Shown here one piece after another: positions 1 through 12,522 of a DNA stretch of 64,000 nucleotides. Numbering within the stretch: position 1 is the first letter of the stretch; each line of letters begins with the position of its first letter. A model generated the notes under the pieces. That model was given only the letters and a program-made list of their open reading frames with translations, was not told the origin of the DNA and ran no database searches. A program made the translations under genes and the position numbers. The DNA is from Anolis carolinensis. Its lineage: Eukaryota. Location of the stretch: positions 2,523,757 to 2,587,756 of the forward strand of contig NW_026943818.1 of NCBI RefSeq assembly GCF_035594765.1, read 5' to 3'.

Positions 1-111
1 TCAACCTAGAGGCATGGATGAGGGGTTGTGCTATCAATTTCCAAGGTTGTGGGGTGTTTACTTTTGTTGTTTTGTCCGCTGCCGTGATGCCATCACTCTT
101 TTATATATAGA
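1..111 (-). mobile_element. Non-autonomous Helitron, 5' end only (cut by window edge)
   Basis: Ends gatgccatcactcttttatatataga, the family 5' terminus. Confidence 0.75.
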
Positions 112-845
112 GATAGTGTCCCTACTTCGTGGATTTTCACTTATTGCGGGTGGTCCTGGAACCTAACCCCAGAGATAATAATAATGATAATAGAGGGGTA
201 AAGGTTTTCCCCTGACGTTAAGTCCAGTCATGTCTGACTCTGGGGGTTGGTGCTCATCTCCATTTCTAAGCCGAAGAGCCGGTGTTGTCCATAGACACCT
301 CCAAGGTCATGTAGCCGGCATGACTGCATGGAGCGCCGTTACCTTCCCGCTAGGGCGGTACCTACTGATCTACTCACATTGGCATGTTTTCAAACTGCTA
401 GGTTGGCAGGAGAATAATACGGCTAGGGTTATTAATATTATAATAATCATTTTATTTTTATACCCCGCCCCATCTCCCCGAAGGGACTCGGGGCGGCTTA
501 CATGGGGCCAAGCCCAGGTCACAAACAATATAAAAACATAACAATAAAACAATCAATCAACAATAAAACGAGTCATAGGTCAAGATACAGTAAATATACT
601 ATGATAAAATCCTGGGTCAGGTCTAAAAAAAAAAACTGGGCCAAAAAAGTGCAATTAGTGTCAGATTCAATCAAGGTGAGGTAGACCCCAGAACTATTGT
701 CCCGTTAACTGAGGGAACACTGTATTGTTGTGTTTTATATTGCTATTGTTTTTATTCGGGCTTGGCCCCATGTAAACCGCTTTGAGTCCCCTTTGGGGAG
801 ATAGAGGCAGGGTATAAAAATAAAATTATTATTATATTATTATTA

Positions 846-1849
846 CTAGCTGTGCCCGGCCATGCGTTGCTGTGGAGAAGTATGGTGGTATGGGAAATAA
901 AGTATCTTATATTATCTGCTTAGAACTGGATTATATGAGGCCCCTTCTATACAGCTGTATAAAATGCACACTGAAGTGGATTATATGGCAGTGTGGACTC
1001 AAGATAATCCAGTTTAAAGCAGATAATATAAGATTATAAATGGTTTATATAGCTGAATCTGCACTGCCATATATCCAGTGAAGATCAGATAATCTGTATC
1101 TTATAGGAAGTGTGGAAGAGGCCTGAGGCCTAACTCTGCCTGTCCCCTGGGCTGAGTGGGTTGCTAGGAGACCAAGTGGCGGAGCTTAGCCTTCTAACTG
1201 GCAGCAATTGGATAAAAAACAATTATTTCTTTCCCTCTAATTAGGACTTTGTTTTCTTTTTTTATTGTTTTATGAACGTAGAGGCATGAATGAGAGGTTG
1301 TGTTGCCAAGTTTAGTGTTTCTGGGATGTGTAGTTTTGTTGTTTTGTCCTAGGCCGAAATTTCATTACCCTTTATATATATAGACTAGCTGTGCCCGGCC
1401 ACGCGTTGCTGTGGCAAAGTGGTGGTGGTATTGGTTAAAAATTGTTGTGTAATTTTTATTTGACATTATTTGCATTTTTAAATTAATTTTATTGTAAGTT
1501 ATATTTTTATTTATTATATTTTATTATTTTCTTGTATTATTTTTAGTTATTTTCTGTTATTATAGTATTTTATTGTATTAATCTTTTAATGTTTTTAATT
1601 ATTTTTTAGTGTTTTTTATTGGGTTGCTAGGAGACCAAGTTGGAGGAGCTTAGCCTTCTAACTGGCAGCAATTGGATAAAAGCAATTATTGCTCTCCCTC
1701 TAATTAGGACTTTATTTTTCTTTTCTTTTTGTTGTATCAACCTAGAGGCGTGGATGATGGGTTGTGTTGTCAAATTTCGAGGTTGGGGGGGCCTGTAGTT
1801 TTGTTGTTTTGTCGGTCGCCGTGATGCCATCACTCTTTTATATATATAG
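846..1849 (-). mobile_element. Two head-to-tail non-autonomous Helitrons (846-1384 and 1385-1849)
   Basis: Each has the 3' GCCAC..GTGGC hairpin plus CTAG and a 5' (TC)TATATATA terminus. The minus-strand junction reads CTAG|TC. Confidence 0.85.
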
Positions 1850-1949
1850 TTTTTATTCGGGCTTGTCCCCATGTAAACCGCCTTGAGTCCCCTTTGGGGA
1901 GATAGAGGCAGGGTATAAAATAAAGTTATTATTATATTATTATTATTTA

Positions 1950-2170
1950 ATGATAATCAAGGTGGCCAATTGCACCATTTACATTTGCCTCAACCAGACA
2001 AGAGTTCTTTCTCCCATCTTGGACACTCCACAGCTATATAAACCCCACTTGCCTAGTTTCCAACACACCTCCCAACCTCTGTGGATGCCTGCCATAGATG
2101 TGGGAGAAACGTCAGGAGTGAATGCTTCAACAACATGGTCATACGGCCCGGAAAATTCGCAGCAACCCAC
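1950..2170 (+). mobile_element. Penelope-like element terminal fragment
   Basis: tatataaaccccacttgcctagtttccaac...gatgcctgccatagatgtggg.gaaacgtcaggag. Related pieces at 2955-3072 (-), 3724-3841 (-), 10846-10950 (+) and 20100-20205 (-). Confidence 0.7.
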
Positions 2171-2257
2171 ATGAAAGAAGCTGCCATTCCCGGCCCGGCC
2201 TGTAGCGGGCGCCGCTCCCCCCTCCCTCGCTCGGGCCCAATGGCGCCTCCAACTCAC

Positions 2258-2389
2258 CCTCCAGCAGGAGCGCCTCCGCCAGGCCTTGCCGTTGTTGTAC
2301 CCGCCGAGGGTGACCGCAGTGAAGTCCCGCCGAGGGGGCGGCGGGAGCGGCGGAGGCAGCGACGTCGAGGGCGAGGCCGCCGCGTACAT
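2258..2389 (-). CDS. MAN1B1: ER alpha-1,2-mannosidase, first coding exon (rest of gene lies left of the window)
   Basis: ATG at 2389 (GCCATG). 44 codons [44 protein letters not shown] match vertebrate MAN1B1 MYPPPPPPPHRDFISVTL...[12 protein letters not shown]. Phase-0 donor GTGAGT at 2257. CpG island. Adjacent to UAP1L1 as in human. Confidence 0.93.
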
Positions 2390-2640
2390 GGCTCCCTTCC
2401 TTCCCTCAGGAGGCCGCGGCCTCTCCGCTTCCTTCTCCGCCGGCCGCCATGATTCCTCCCCGGGCACACAGAGAGCCGCGCCTAGAGCGGACTACACACG
2501 CGCACTTCCTCCACTTCCCCTTAGCAACGGGACCTACTAGGCCTTCCATAGCAACGGGACCTACTAGGCCTTCCATAGCAACGGGGCCTACTAGGCCTTC
2601 CATAGCAACGGGGCCTAGGAACGTCCAGAAATCCGCATTT
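2390..2640 (-). promoter_or_regulatory. MAN1B1 CpG-island promoter/5' UTR with a 27-bp tandem repeat (about 4 copies)
   Basis: GC/CpG-rich. ETS-like CACTTCC at about 2503 and 2512. Repeat unit tagcaacgggacctactaggccttcca at 2522-2620. Confidence 0.7.
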
Positions 2641-2970
2641 CAGCAGGTATTGCCGAGCCTGTAGCCAAAGGGGCTATTGGATGAACGGATTTGAACCATG
2701 TTTTATATTTTTATATTGTATTAATTGTTTGTAATGGGTTTTATTTACTGTTATGTTTAATTATGTGTCGGCATCGAATTGTTGCCAATTGTGTACGCCA
2801 ACCTGAGTCCCTTCAGGTGAGAAGGGCAGGATTTAAATATTGGAAATAAATAAATAGGGGTTCAAACCACCCCCAAAATCTTTCAGGTCAAAATAAAAAA
2901 CCTGGTTTACTCATGGATTTTCACTGCATAGCCAAATCTATGAGAAAAATTAGGGTTCCAGAAGCATTCT

Positions 2971-3013
2971 CTCCTGACGTTTCGCCCACATCCATGACAG
3001 GCATCTTCAGAAG
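2971..3013 (-). ncRNA. Minimal hammerhead ribozyme motif (Penelope-derived)
   Basis: Minus strand reads ctt-CTGAAGA-tgcctgtcatggatgtgggc-GAAA-C-GTC|aggag. Confidence 0.55.
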
Positions 3014-3088
3014 TTGTGAGGTCTGTTGGAAACTAGGCAAGTGTGGTTTATATATCTGTGGACTGTCCAAGATGCTAATTTTATGCTA

Positions 3089-3126
<38 letters not shown>

Positions 3127-3862
3127 TAGAGTCTCACTTATCCAACATAAACGGGCTGGCAGAAGCTTGGATAAGCGAATATATTGGATAATGAGGGATT
3201 AAGGAAAAGCCTATTAAATATCAAAATAGGTTATGATTTTACAAATTAAACACCAAAATATCATATTATACAACAAATTTGACAGAAAAAGTAGTTCAAT
3301 ACGTGGTAATGTTATGTTGTAATTACTGTATTTATGAATTTAGCACCAAAATATCATGATATATTGAAAACATTGACTACAAAAATGCGTTGGATAATTC
3401 AGAAGCTTGGATAAGTGAGACTCTACTGTATCATATTATACAACAAATTTGACAGAAAAAGTAGTTCAATATGCAGTAATGCTATGTAGTAATTACTGTA
3501 TTTACTAATTTCGCACCAAAATATCATGATGTATTGAAAACATTGACTACAAAAATGCTTTGGATAATCCAGAACGTTGGATAAGCGAGACTCTACTGTT
3601 TTGGAAATAAATAAATAAATAGGGGTTCAAACCACCTCCAAAATCTTTCAGGTCAAAATAAAAAACCTGGTTTACTCATGGATTTTCACTGCATAGCCAA
3701 ATCTATGAGAAGCAAAAATTAGGGTTCCAGAAGCATTCTCTCCTGACGTTTTACCCACATCCATGGCAGGCATCTTCAGAAGTTGTGAGGTCTGTTGGAA
3801 ACTAGGCAAGTGGGGTTTATATATCTGTGGAGTGTCCAAGATGCTAATTTTATGCTAATTTT

Positions 3863-3893
<31 letters not shown>

Positions 3894-4342
3894 ATATAAA
3901 TAATTTATAAATATGTAACATATTGTATATAATTATAATATTGATAATAATATTATAATGGAATACAATATTATACTACTAATCATATATTAATATTAAT
4001 TATATATTATATATTAAATGTAATATTATTATTAATATTACCATATATTGATATAGTGCAATATAGTAATTTATTGCCAGTATTGTACTATGCTAATAAT
4101 ATAATATTATATGTAAATTTAATTTGTAAGCCACTCTGAGTCCCCTTCGGGAAGAAATAACTATTATTATCATTATTATTATTATTATTATACTATTTAT
4201 TCCCATTTAATTTGACATAACATTCATACTTTGTGGGGCTTATATAGTTCCAAATTTACCGTCCTTTGGGATCCCATGCAGAGAGGAAGACAGGATGTAA
4301 ACAAAATATGAATTAAGAAAAATCTGAGTATTTAGAAAGTAC

Positions 4343-4348
4343 TTTAAT
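4343..4348 (-). terminator. Probable UAP1L1 polyadenylation signal (ATTAAA)
   Basis: About 380 nt after the stop codon, followed by U-rich sequence on the minus strand. Confidence 0.45.
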
Positions 4349-4485
4349 GTGTTGAAGTTGTAAAGACATTGTAGAAACTTCCCATATTTAGAACATGCAA
4401 ATATAGATAGATAGATAGAACAGCGAAAGGCACTTTGAAGAGAAAAGAAAGAAATTATGACTTTGGTTTTGTATTGCTATAAAAC

Positions 4486-4619
4486 CAGGCCTGGGCCAAC
4501 TTCGGCCCTCCGGGTGTTTTGGACTTCAACTCCCACAATTCCTAACAGCCTACCGGCTGTTAGGAATTGTGGGAGTTGAAGTCCAAAACACCCGGAGGGC
4601 CGAAGTTGGCCCAGGCCTG
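4486..4619. mobile_element. Palindromic hAT-type MITE (perfect 65-bp arms)
   Basis: 4486-4550 is the exact reverse complement of 4555-4619. Partial copies at about 43428-43497, 50030-50082 and 61598-61684. Confidence 0.85.
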
Positions 4620-4729
4620 CTGTAAACACAAATCAACTCCCTTCCATTTATCATCCTTCATTATTTCCCTTTTTAAAAATTGCTGGCAGCGTCTTCCCAA
4701 ATGTTGGAGTCTCGCTGTAAATCCTTCAT

Positions 4730-5129
4730 TCAAGCTTCTTTTAGTAGCGCGTCTGCTTTGGTTTCGTCCAGGAGGAAAGGTGACCGGAGCTCTTTGGATT
4801 TCAAGCATTTTTCCAGGCCCTGAAGGAAGACAAATCATTTCCATAATGCGTCAGTCATGACCAGTTAATGGAAAAAGCTCTATCTAGATCAAGGGTGTCA
4901 AATAGGTATATATACACACATACATGTATACATATATACAATACTAGCTGTGCCCGGCCACGCGTTGCTGTGGCTTTTTTTTAGTGATGTTGGTCAATCT
5001 ACATTGGGTTTTATTTTTGTTGTGACCGTCAACAAAAATTATACAGTATTATTTATTCATTTATTACATTAAAGACATATGATAGGATATTACGCTATAA
5101 CATATACGACTATTTCACAATATTAGTAG

Positions 5130-5179
<50 letters not shown>

Positions 5180-7598
5180 TTGTTTTGTTATTAGTATTAT
5201 ATTGTAGTGTATTATAATATTATTAGCAGTATTATATGTATATACAATGTATTGTATTATATATGTATTGTATTATTATATATATTAATATATTGCAAAT
5301 TGGCCCCAGAATACGGAATGGCCTTGTAGTTTCAAAGCTTGGGTGGTTCCGTGTGTTAGAGGGGGGGAATGCTTTGTTGGGAGGTGCTAGGTGGTCCTGA
5401 TTGTTTCCTGGATGGAATTTGTGTGTTTTCAGACTGTTGTTGTTTATTTACTGTGCTGAGATGAGAGAGTGATGAGTACGGAATGGCCTTGTAGGTTCAA
5501 AGTGTGGGTGGTTTCCTGTGTGAAGGTGGGAATCCTTTGGTGGGAGGTGTTAGATGGCCCTGATTGTTTCCTGGATGGAATAGCTGTGTTTTTAGAGTGT
5601 TGATCTTTATTTACTGTCCTGAGATGATATTGTTGTGTATTATTGTACCACAGTAATTATTTCATATTACAGTAGAATCTCACCCAACATTCGTTTATGC
5701 AATGTTCTGGATTATGCAATGGAGTCTGCCTTTTAATAGTCAATGTTTTTGGAGTGAGTGTTTTTAATGTATTGTGATATTTTGGTGGTAAATTTGCAAA
5801 TACAGTAATTACTACATAGCATTACTGCGCATGGAACTACTTTTTGTGTCAAATTTGTTGTATAACATGATGTTTTGGTGTTTAATTTGTATAATGATGA
5901 CCTAATTCGATGTGTAATTGGTTTTCCTGAATCCCTTCTTATTATCCAACATATTTATTTATGCAACGTTCTGCCGGCTTGTTTATGTTGGATAAGTGAG
6001 ATTCTAGTGTATATTTATAATGTGATATTATTTGTTTAGAAGTGGATTATATGAGGCGCCTTCTGTTATAACAATAATAATTATTATAGTCTTGAATGAT
6101 TATCATTGTGATAAAAATAATAACTACTTATTATTAGTTGTTATTATATTGTTGAATGATTATCAATGTTATAATAATAATTATTAATTTGTGAATGATT
6201 ATTACTATAATAATAATAATAATTTTCTATTATTACGATTTGTTAATACATTGTTGAATGATTGTCAGTGTTATAATAATAAGAACTGACTATTATTATG
6301 AATTATTATGTTCTCGAATGATTATCAGTATTATACTAATAATAAATTAGTATTATTATTGGTGATTATTACATTCTTAACTGATGATCAGTTATTATAT
6401 TAATAATTATTACAGGGAAGGGAAAGGTGAGGGCGATAGGGTTTGAGAGGGGAAAAAGGGGGGCTTCTGAGGCATTGGAGGGGTTGTAATTTGTGGGTGA
6501 GAACAACAACAACAATAACAACAACAGAAAAGGGGGAAGCTCAGCCTGGGCCAACTTGGGCCTTCCCTTGACTTGTTTTGGGCGCCAACTTCCACCCTTC
6601 CTGGCCTGAGGCTCTTTCCTTTTCCCCATCATCCGTTTAACCGGGTGAGGGGGAAAAGGAAGGGCCCTGAGGCCGGGAAGGGCGGGGGTTGGCGCCCCAA
6701 ACAACTCGAGGGGAGGTCCAGGCCTGCTCGAGGGCCGTGCCCTCCTCTTCCCCCCTCACCTTGAAGAGCTTGAAGACCTCCGAGAAGAACCGAGAAGGGA
6801 GGAGGAGGAGAGAGGGTGAGGCGGGGGGGGCTCCGCGGGGCCTTCCTCGCATTGGGGGGAGGGGAGAGGGGCGGGAGGAGGGGGCCTGAACGGCAACCGG
6901 GGCCCTCCATGGGCCCTGAGGGGGGAGGACATTGAGGGGGAGAGGGCAGAGAGCGACGTGAGGCCCGCACGCCTCCCAGCGCGGCCTCCTCCATCCCGCG
7001 CCCAGCAAGGAATCGGCCTTCCTGCCTTCCTTCCTTCAGCTCTGAGGCGAGGTGTGTGTGTGCGCGCGCGGGAAGGGATGGGGGGGTGCGCGCAGGCGCA
7101 CATCGCCTGTTGCAGTTTTTGGCCGTTTGTGGCCCTGTGATTGTGTTTGTCATATAAATCTTACTGGAGCCGCGCGAGCGCCATAAAGGTTTGAAGCATG
7201 GTGTTTTTGCGCATGCGTACTTAGTTTTGGCATTTTTTGGTGTTGTGATAGTGTTTTATGTGTAAATTTGTTGTATCTTACTGGAGGCGGGGATGATGGA
7301 TTGCGTTGCCAATTTTCGAGTTTGGGGGGGCTGTAGATTTGTTGTTTTGTCCATCGCCGTGATGCCATCACTCTTTTATATATATAGATAATTTACAATA
7401 ATATATAATATTATAACATATTGTATATGCATATAATATTAATATTATTTTGAAAAACAGTACTGTATAATGCTAACAATACAATATAATAATATTAATT
7501 ATATATTCTATAGTACATGTAATATTACAATATATTGATATAGTACAATATAGTAATTTATTGCCAGTATTGTGCTATGCTAATAATATATTATTGTA

Positions 7599-7653
<55 letters not shown>

Positions 7654-10600
7654 TTTATTTTTATACCCCACCCCATCTCCCTGAAGGGACTCAGGGTGGC
7701 TTACATGGGGCATAGCCCAATAAAACAATCAAATATCAATGATACAACAATAAAACAATTATACCAATAAAACCTCAATTATCAGTAAAACAATCAATAA
7801 AATCGACATGAAGCATACAATATTAAAACAGGAGACTAATCAATAAAACCCAGTACAGAATGTGCCAGAATGGGAAAGGTATTTCACGGTTGAAATGGAC
7901 AATAAAGTGCAAAATAACTTTGGCAACACCTCAAGAATGGGGCTATTATAATCTGTCCATATAATATATTGTACATGCATATAATATTATTATTTTGTAA
8001 AACAATATAATGCTAATAATACAATATAATAATATTAATTATATATTACATAGTACATGTAATATTACTAATAATATTACAATATATTGATATAGTACAA
8101 TATAGTAATTTATTGCCAGTATTGTACTATGCTAATAATATATTATTGTATGTAAACTTAATTTGTAAGCCGCTTTGAGTCCCCTTCGGTGTGAGATATT
8201 AATAATATTATTTTGTAATACAATATAATGCTAATAATACAATATAATAATATTAATTATATATTACATAGTACATGTAATATTACTAATAACATTACAA
8301 TATATTGATATAGTACAATATAGTAATTTATTGCCAGTATTGTACTATGCTAATAATATATTATTGTATGTAAACTTAATTTGTAAGCCGCTTTGAGTCC
8401 CCTTCGGTGTGAGATATTAATAATATTATTTTGTAATACAATATAATGCTAATAATACAATATAATAATATTAATTATATATTACATAGTACATGTAATA
8501 TTACTAATAATATTACAATATATTGATATAGTACAATATAGTAATTTACTGCCAGTATTGTACTATGCTAATAATATATTATTGTATGTAAACTTAATTT
8601 GTAAGCCGCTTTGAGTCCCCTTCGGTGTGAGATATTAATAATATTATTTTGTAATACAATATAATGCTAATAATACAATATAATAATATTAATTATATAT
8701 TACGTAGTACATGTAATATTACTAATAACATTACAATATATTGATATAGTACAATATAGTAATTTATTGCCAGTATTGTACTATGCTAATAATATATTAT
8801 TGTATGTAAACTTAATTTGTAAGCCGCTCTGAGTCCCCTTCGGTGTGAGATATTAATAATATTATTTTGTAATACAATATAATGCTAATAATACAATATA
8901 ATAATATTAATTATATATTACATAGTACATGTAATATTACTAATAATATTACAATAGATTGATATAGTACAATATAGTAATTTATTGCCAGTATTATGCT
9001 AATAACATATTATTTTATGTAAATTTAATTTGTAAGTCGCTCTGAGTCCCCTTTGGGGTGAGAAGGGCAGGATATAAATGTATTAAATAAATAAATAAAA
9101 TAAATTTCCACAGAGGACCAAACATAATTTATTTTTTTCCATACTAGTCGGTGCTCAAATTTTGATCTAATTTGGATACCCAAATGTTATTGAATAGCAA
9201 CTCCTTGAATAGCAGAATGGGCCGAGACTCACCTCTCCAAAATAAGAGACCAGTGGCGAAATCTCACAAATAGCCGGCGGTTCTTCATCCTCTGTCAAAC
9301 TAGAAAAAAGAAAGATGCATTTAGTCCCTTTCAGCAGCCATTATCTGTGTACAGGCTGCACCAGAGCATGTGCAGAGTGTTTTCCCTCCCTAATCATTAC
9401 TACCTGAGCTGAAAGGAACCCTGGAACAATGGAGGCTATATTACTCATATTATTTTTAAATATTTTTGGTTCCTACTGTTTTGTTTACAATGCTACTTTT
9501 TGGATCAAGCTTTAGAACTTGGTGACTGCATTTATTTATTTATGTATTTATTTACATCACTTTTGCCCCGCCCTTCTCATCTAAAGAGACTCAGGGCGGC
9601 TTACAAGAGTCTTTTTTAAAAACAGTTTATTTCCATAATATTCAAAAATATAATGATATTTTAATACAGATTTTAAATGGGTATTTCTTAAAAGACAAAA
9701 ACATAAATATGCATATATTTTAAAGTCACTTTGAACTTTAAAAAAATGAAATGCAGAAAACTGATAACTCAACAGCCAATCTTAAAGAGTAGATCCCTGG
9801 AATCGGTACTTCATTGCCGATTTACCATTCAAATATTGACTGGAGCAGTCTGCAGAGCATGTGCAAAGTGTTTGAATGAATAGGCCCGGTAGAGTTGTCA
9901 TCAGAATAATTCTTTTATGTTTATAAAACTGTACGGCACTTTATTGCTGTTACTTATTTCCATGATATAGCAATTTATGAAACCTGTCCCCGCTGGTTTG
10001 CTTTTAATTACTCTGATTTTATCTGCTTGGATTTTAATGTATTGTTCATTACAGTACAGTCTCACTTATCCAACGTTCTGGATTATCCAACGCATTTTTG
10101 TAGTCAATGTTTTCAATGCATTGTGATATTTTGGTGCTAAATTCGTAAATACAGTAATTACTACACAGCATTACTGCGTATTGAACTACTTTTTCTGTCA
10201 AATTTGTTGTATAACATGATGTTTTGGTGCTTAATTTGTAAAATCATCACCTAATTTGATGTTTAATAGGCTTTTCCTTAATCCCTCCTTATTATCCAAC
10301 ATATTCGCTTATCCAACGTTCTGCCGGCCCGTTTATGTTGGATAAGTGAGACTCTATATATTATTTTGTTTATTGTTGAAATGTTTTCAGTTTTTGTCAA
10401 ATATGTTGTCGTTGTTGGGCTTGTTCCTATTGTGAGCCACCCCAAGTCCCTTTGGAGAGATGGGGCGGGATATAAAAATAAAGTTTATTATTACAGTAGA
10501 GTCTCACTTATCCAACATAAACGGGCCGGCAGAACGTTGGATAAACGAATATGTTGGATAATAAGGAGTGATTAAGGAAAAGCCCATTAAACATCAAATT

Positions 10601-12227
10601 AGGTTATGATTTTACAAATTAAGCACCAAAACATCATGTTATACAACAAATTTGACAGAAAAAGTAGTTCAATATGCAGTAATGCTATGTAGTAATTACT
10701 GTATTTACGAATTTAGCACCAAAATATCACGATGTATTGAAAACATTGACTACAAAAATGTGTTGGATAATCCAGAATGTTGGCTAAGCGAGTGTTGGAT
10801 AAGTGAGACTCTACTGTATTATTATTACATGTAATAATAATAAGGTTGCCTCGCAACCTCTGAGGATGCCTGCCATAGATGTGGGCGAAACGTCAGGAGA
10901 GAATACTTCTGGAACATGGCCACACAGCCCGAAAGACATACAACAACCCTATTATTATTACACTCTCTAGGTCTATTAATTTTATTAATTTTAATATTAG
11001 GACTATAAAAATTTATAAATTTTATAATTTTATAATATTATAATTAATTAATGTTAATTTTATAGAGACCAAACTTTGGAACTCGACCACGTCCTGCCCA
11101 AGTTTATAGTCCTCATCAAGGAAATAGATAGGCAGGTGAGTTAGCTGACAGGGAAAGGCTTTCTGACATTGCCCTCTGTGTCTGCCGGTCTGTTTTTCTC
11201 CTTCTCTGCTGTTCATTAGTCTGACGCTTCTCAAGTCCACACCTCTTTCTATTCAAACTGCATAGCGAGCCCTTGAGTCTCCTGTGAGCATGGAGAGAGA
11301 CGAGATGTCTCCAGGCAGATCGCTAAGTCTAGACTTCTCCTATACAGAAATGTCATTCAGACCTGCAAACCCACCTGTGCCTCTCAGGTATCCTTTCCCC
11401 GTTGTTGTCAACAAACGTGGCTCCTGCCTTGAGGGCCCAGCGGTAATGCTGGGAGAGCAGCGCCCGCCGGGCCGTAACGGGGGTGTCCTTCTCGGCCGTG
11501 TCTGCATTCTTGAGCGGAGAAAATTCCTCCTCTCGTTGGACCTCAAAGGCCACAAAGTTCCTACGGAAAGGAGAAGAAAAACTAAGCTGAAAAATGGATT
11601 GGATGCAAAAAAAATTGGCATGTTTGGGAGATGATGGGAGTTGGATTGGAAAATAACATGGGAGGCTACAAGTATCTTCTCCCTGGTGTAAAGGCCAGGG
11701 TCTTGATATTATTACCGCTGTATTAATTCCTGTTTTATGTTCTTACTGTGTTTTATTTTTTGCATATTGTGCAATGTATTTATGCTGTTGTTTTTGTAAA
11801 TTATGCTGGTTGGGCCTTGTGCCATGTGAGACGCCCCGGGTCTCCGTAGGGAGATGTTAGCGGGGTATAAATAAAGTTTTATTATTATTATTATTATCAA
11901 CACAAAGACAGAGTATGACGCAGCAAACGAGATCTATATGCTATATTTCGTATCACAAAATCACAAGTCGAACACTTCCCAAGCGTTTAGGATTGTGTGA
12001 TATTATTATTATTATTATTGACACAAAGACAGAGTATGACGCAGCAAACAAGGTCTATATGCTGGATTTTGTATCACAAAATCACAAGTCGAACACTTCC
12101 CAAGCCTTTAGGACTGTGTGATGTATTATTGTTGTTGTTGATATTGTTGTTGTTATTGTCATTATTATTATTATGAATAGTCCACTTTATCTCTCCCGCA
12201 GGAGATCCAAAGTGGCTATGTATCTTC

Positions 12228-12282
<55 letters not shown>

Positions 12283-12488
12283 GTATGACACAGCAAACAA
12301 GATACATATGCTGGATTTCATTATTATTATTATTATTATTATCAACACAAAGATAGAGTATGACACAGCAAACGAGATCTATATGCTGGATTTCGTATCA
12401 CAAAATCACAAGTCGAACACTTCCCAAGTGCTTAGGACTGTGTGATGTATTCTTGTTGTTGTTGATATTGTTGTTGTTGTTCTTATTG

Positions 12489-12522
<34 letters not shown>

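Noticed and set aside
1979-2467. 162-aa ORF as the MAN1B1 N-terminus
   Set aside because: It starts at GTG and reads through the donor at 2257. Only 2389-2258 is supported by homology.
6629-7153. ORF containing MEEAAL, resembling the UAP1L1 start MEEAGL
   Set aside because: Only about 12 nt are shared and nothing aligns beyond them, so I treat it as coincidence.
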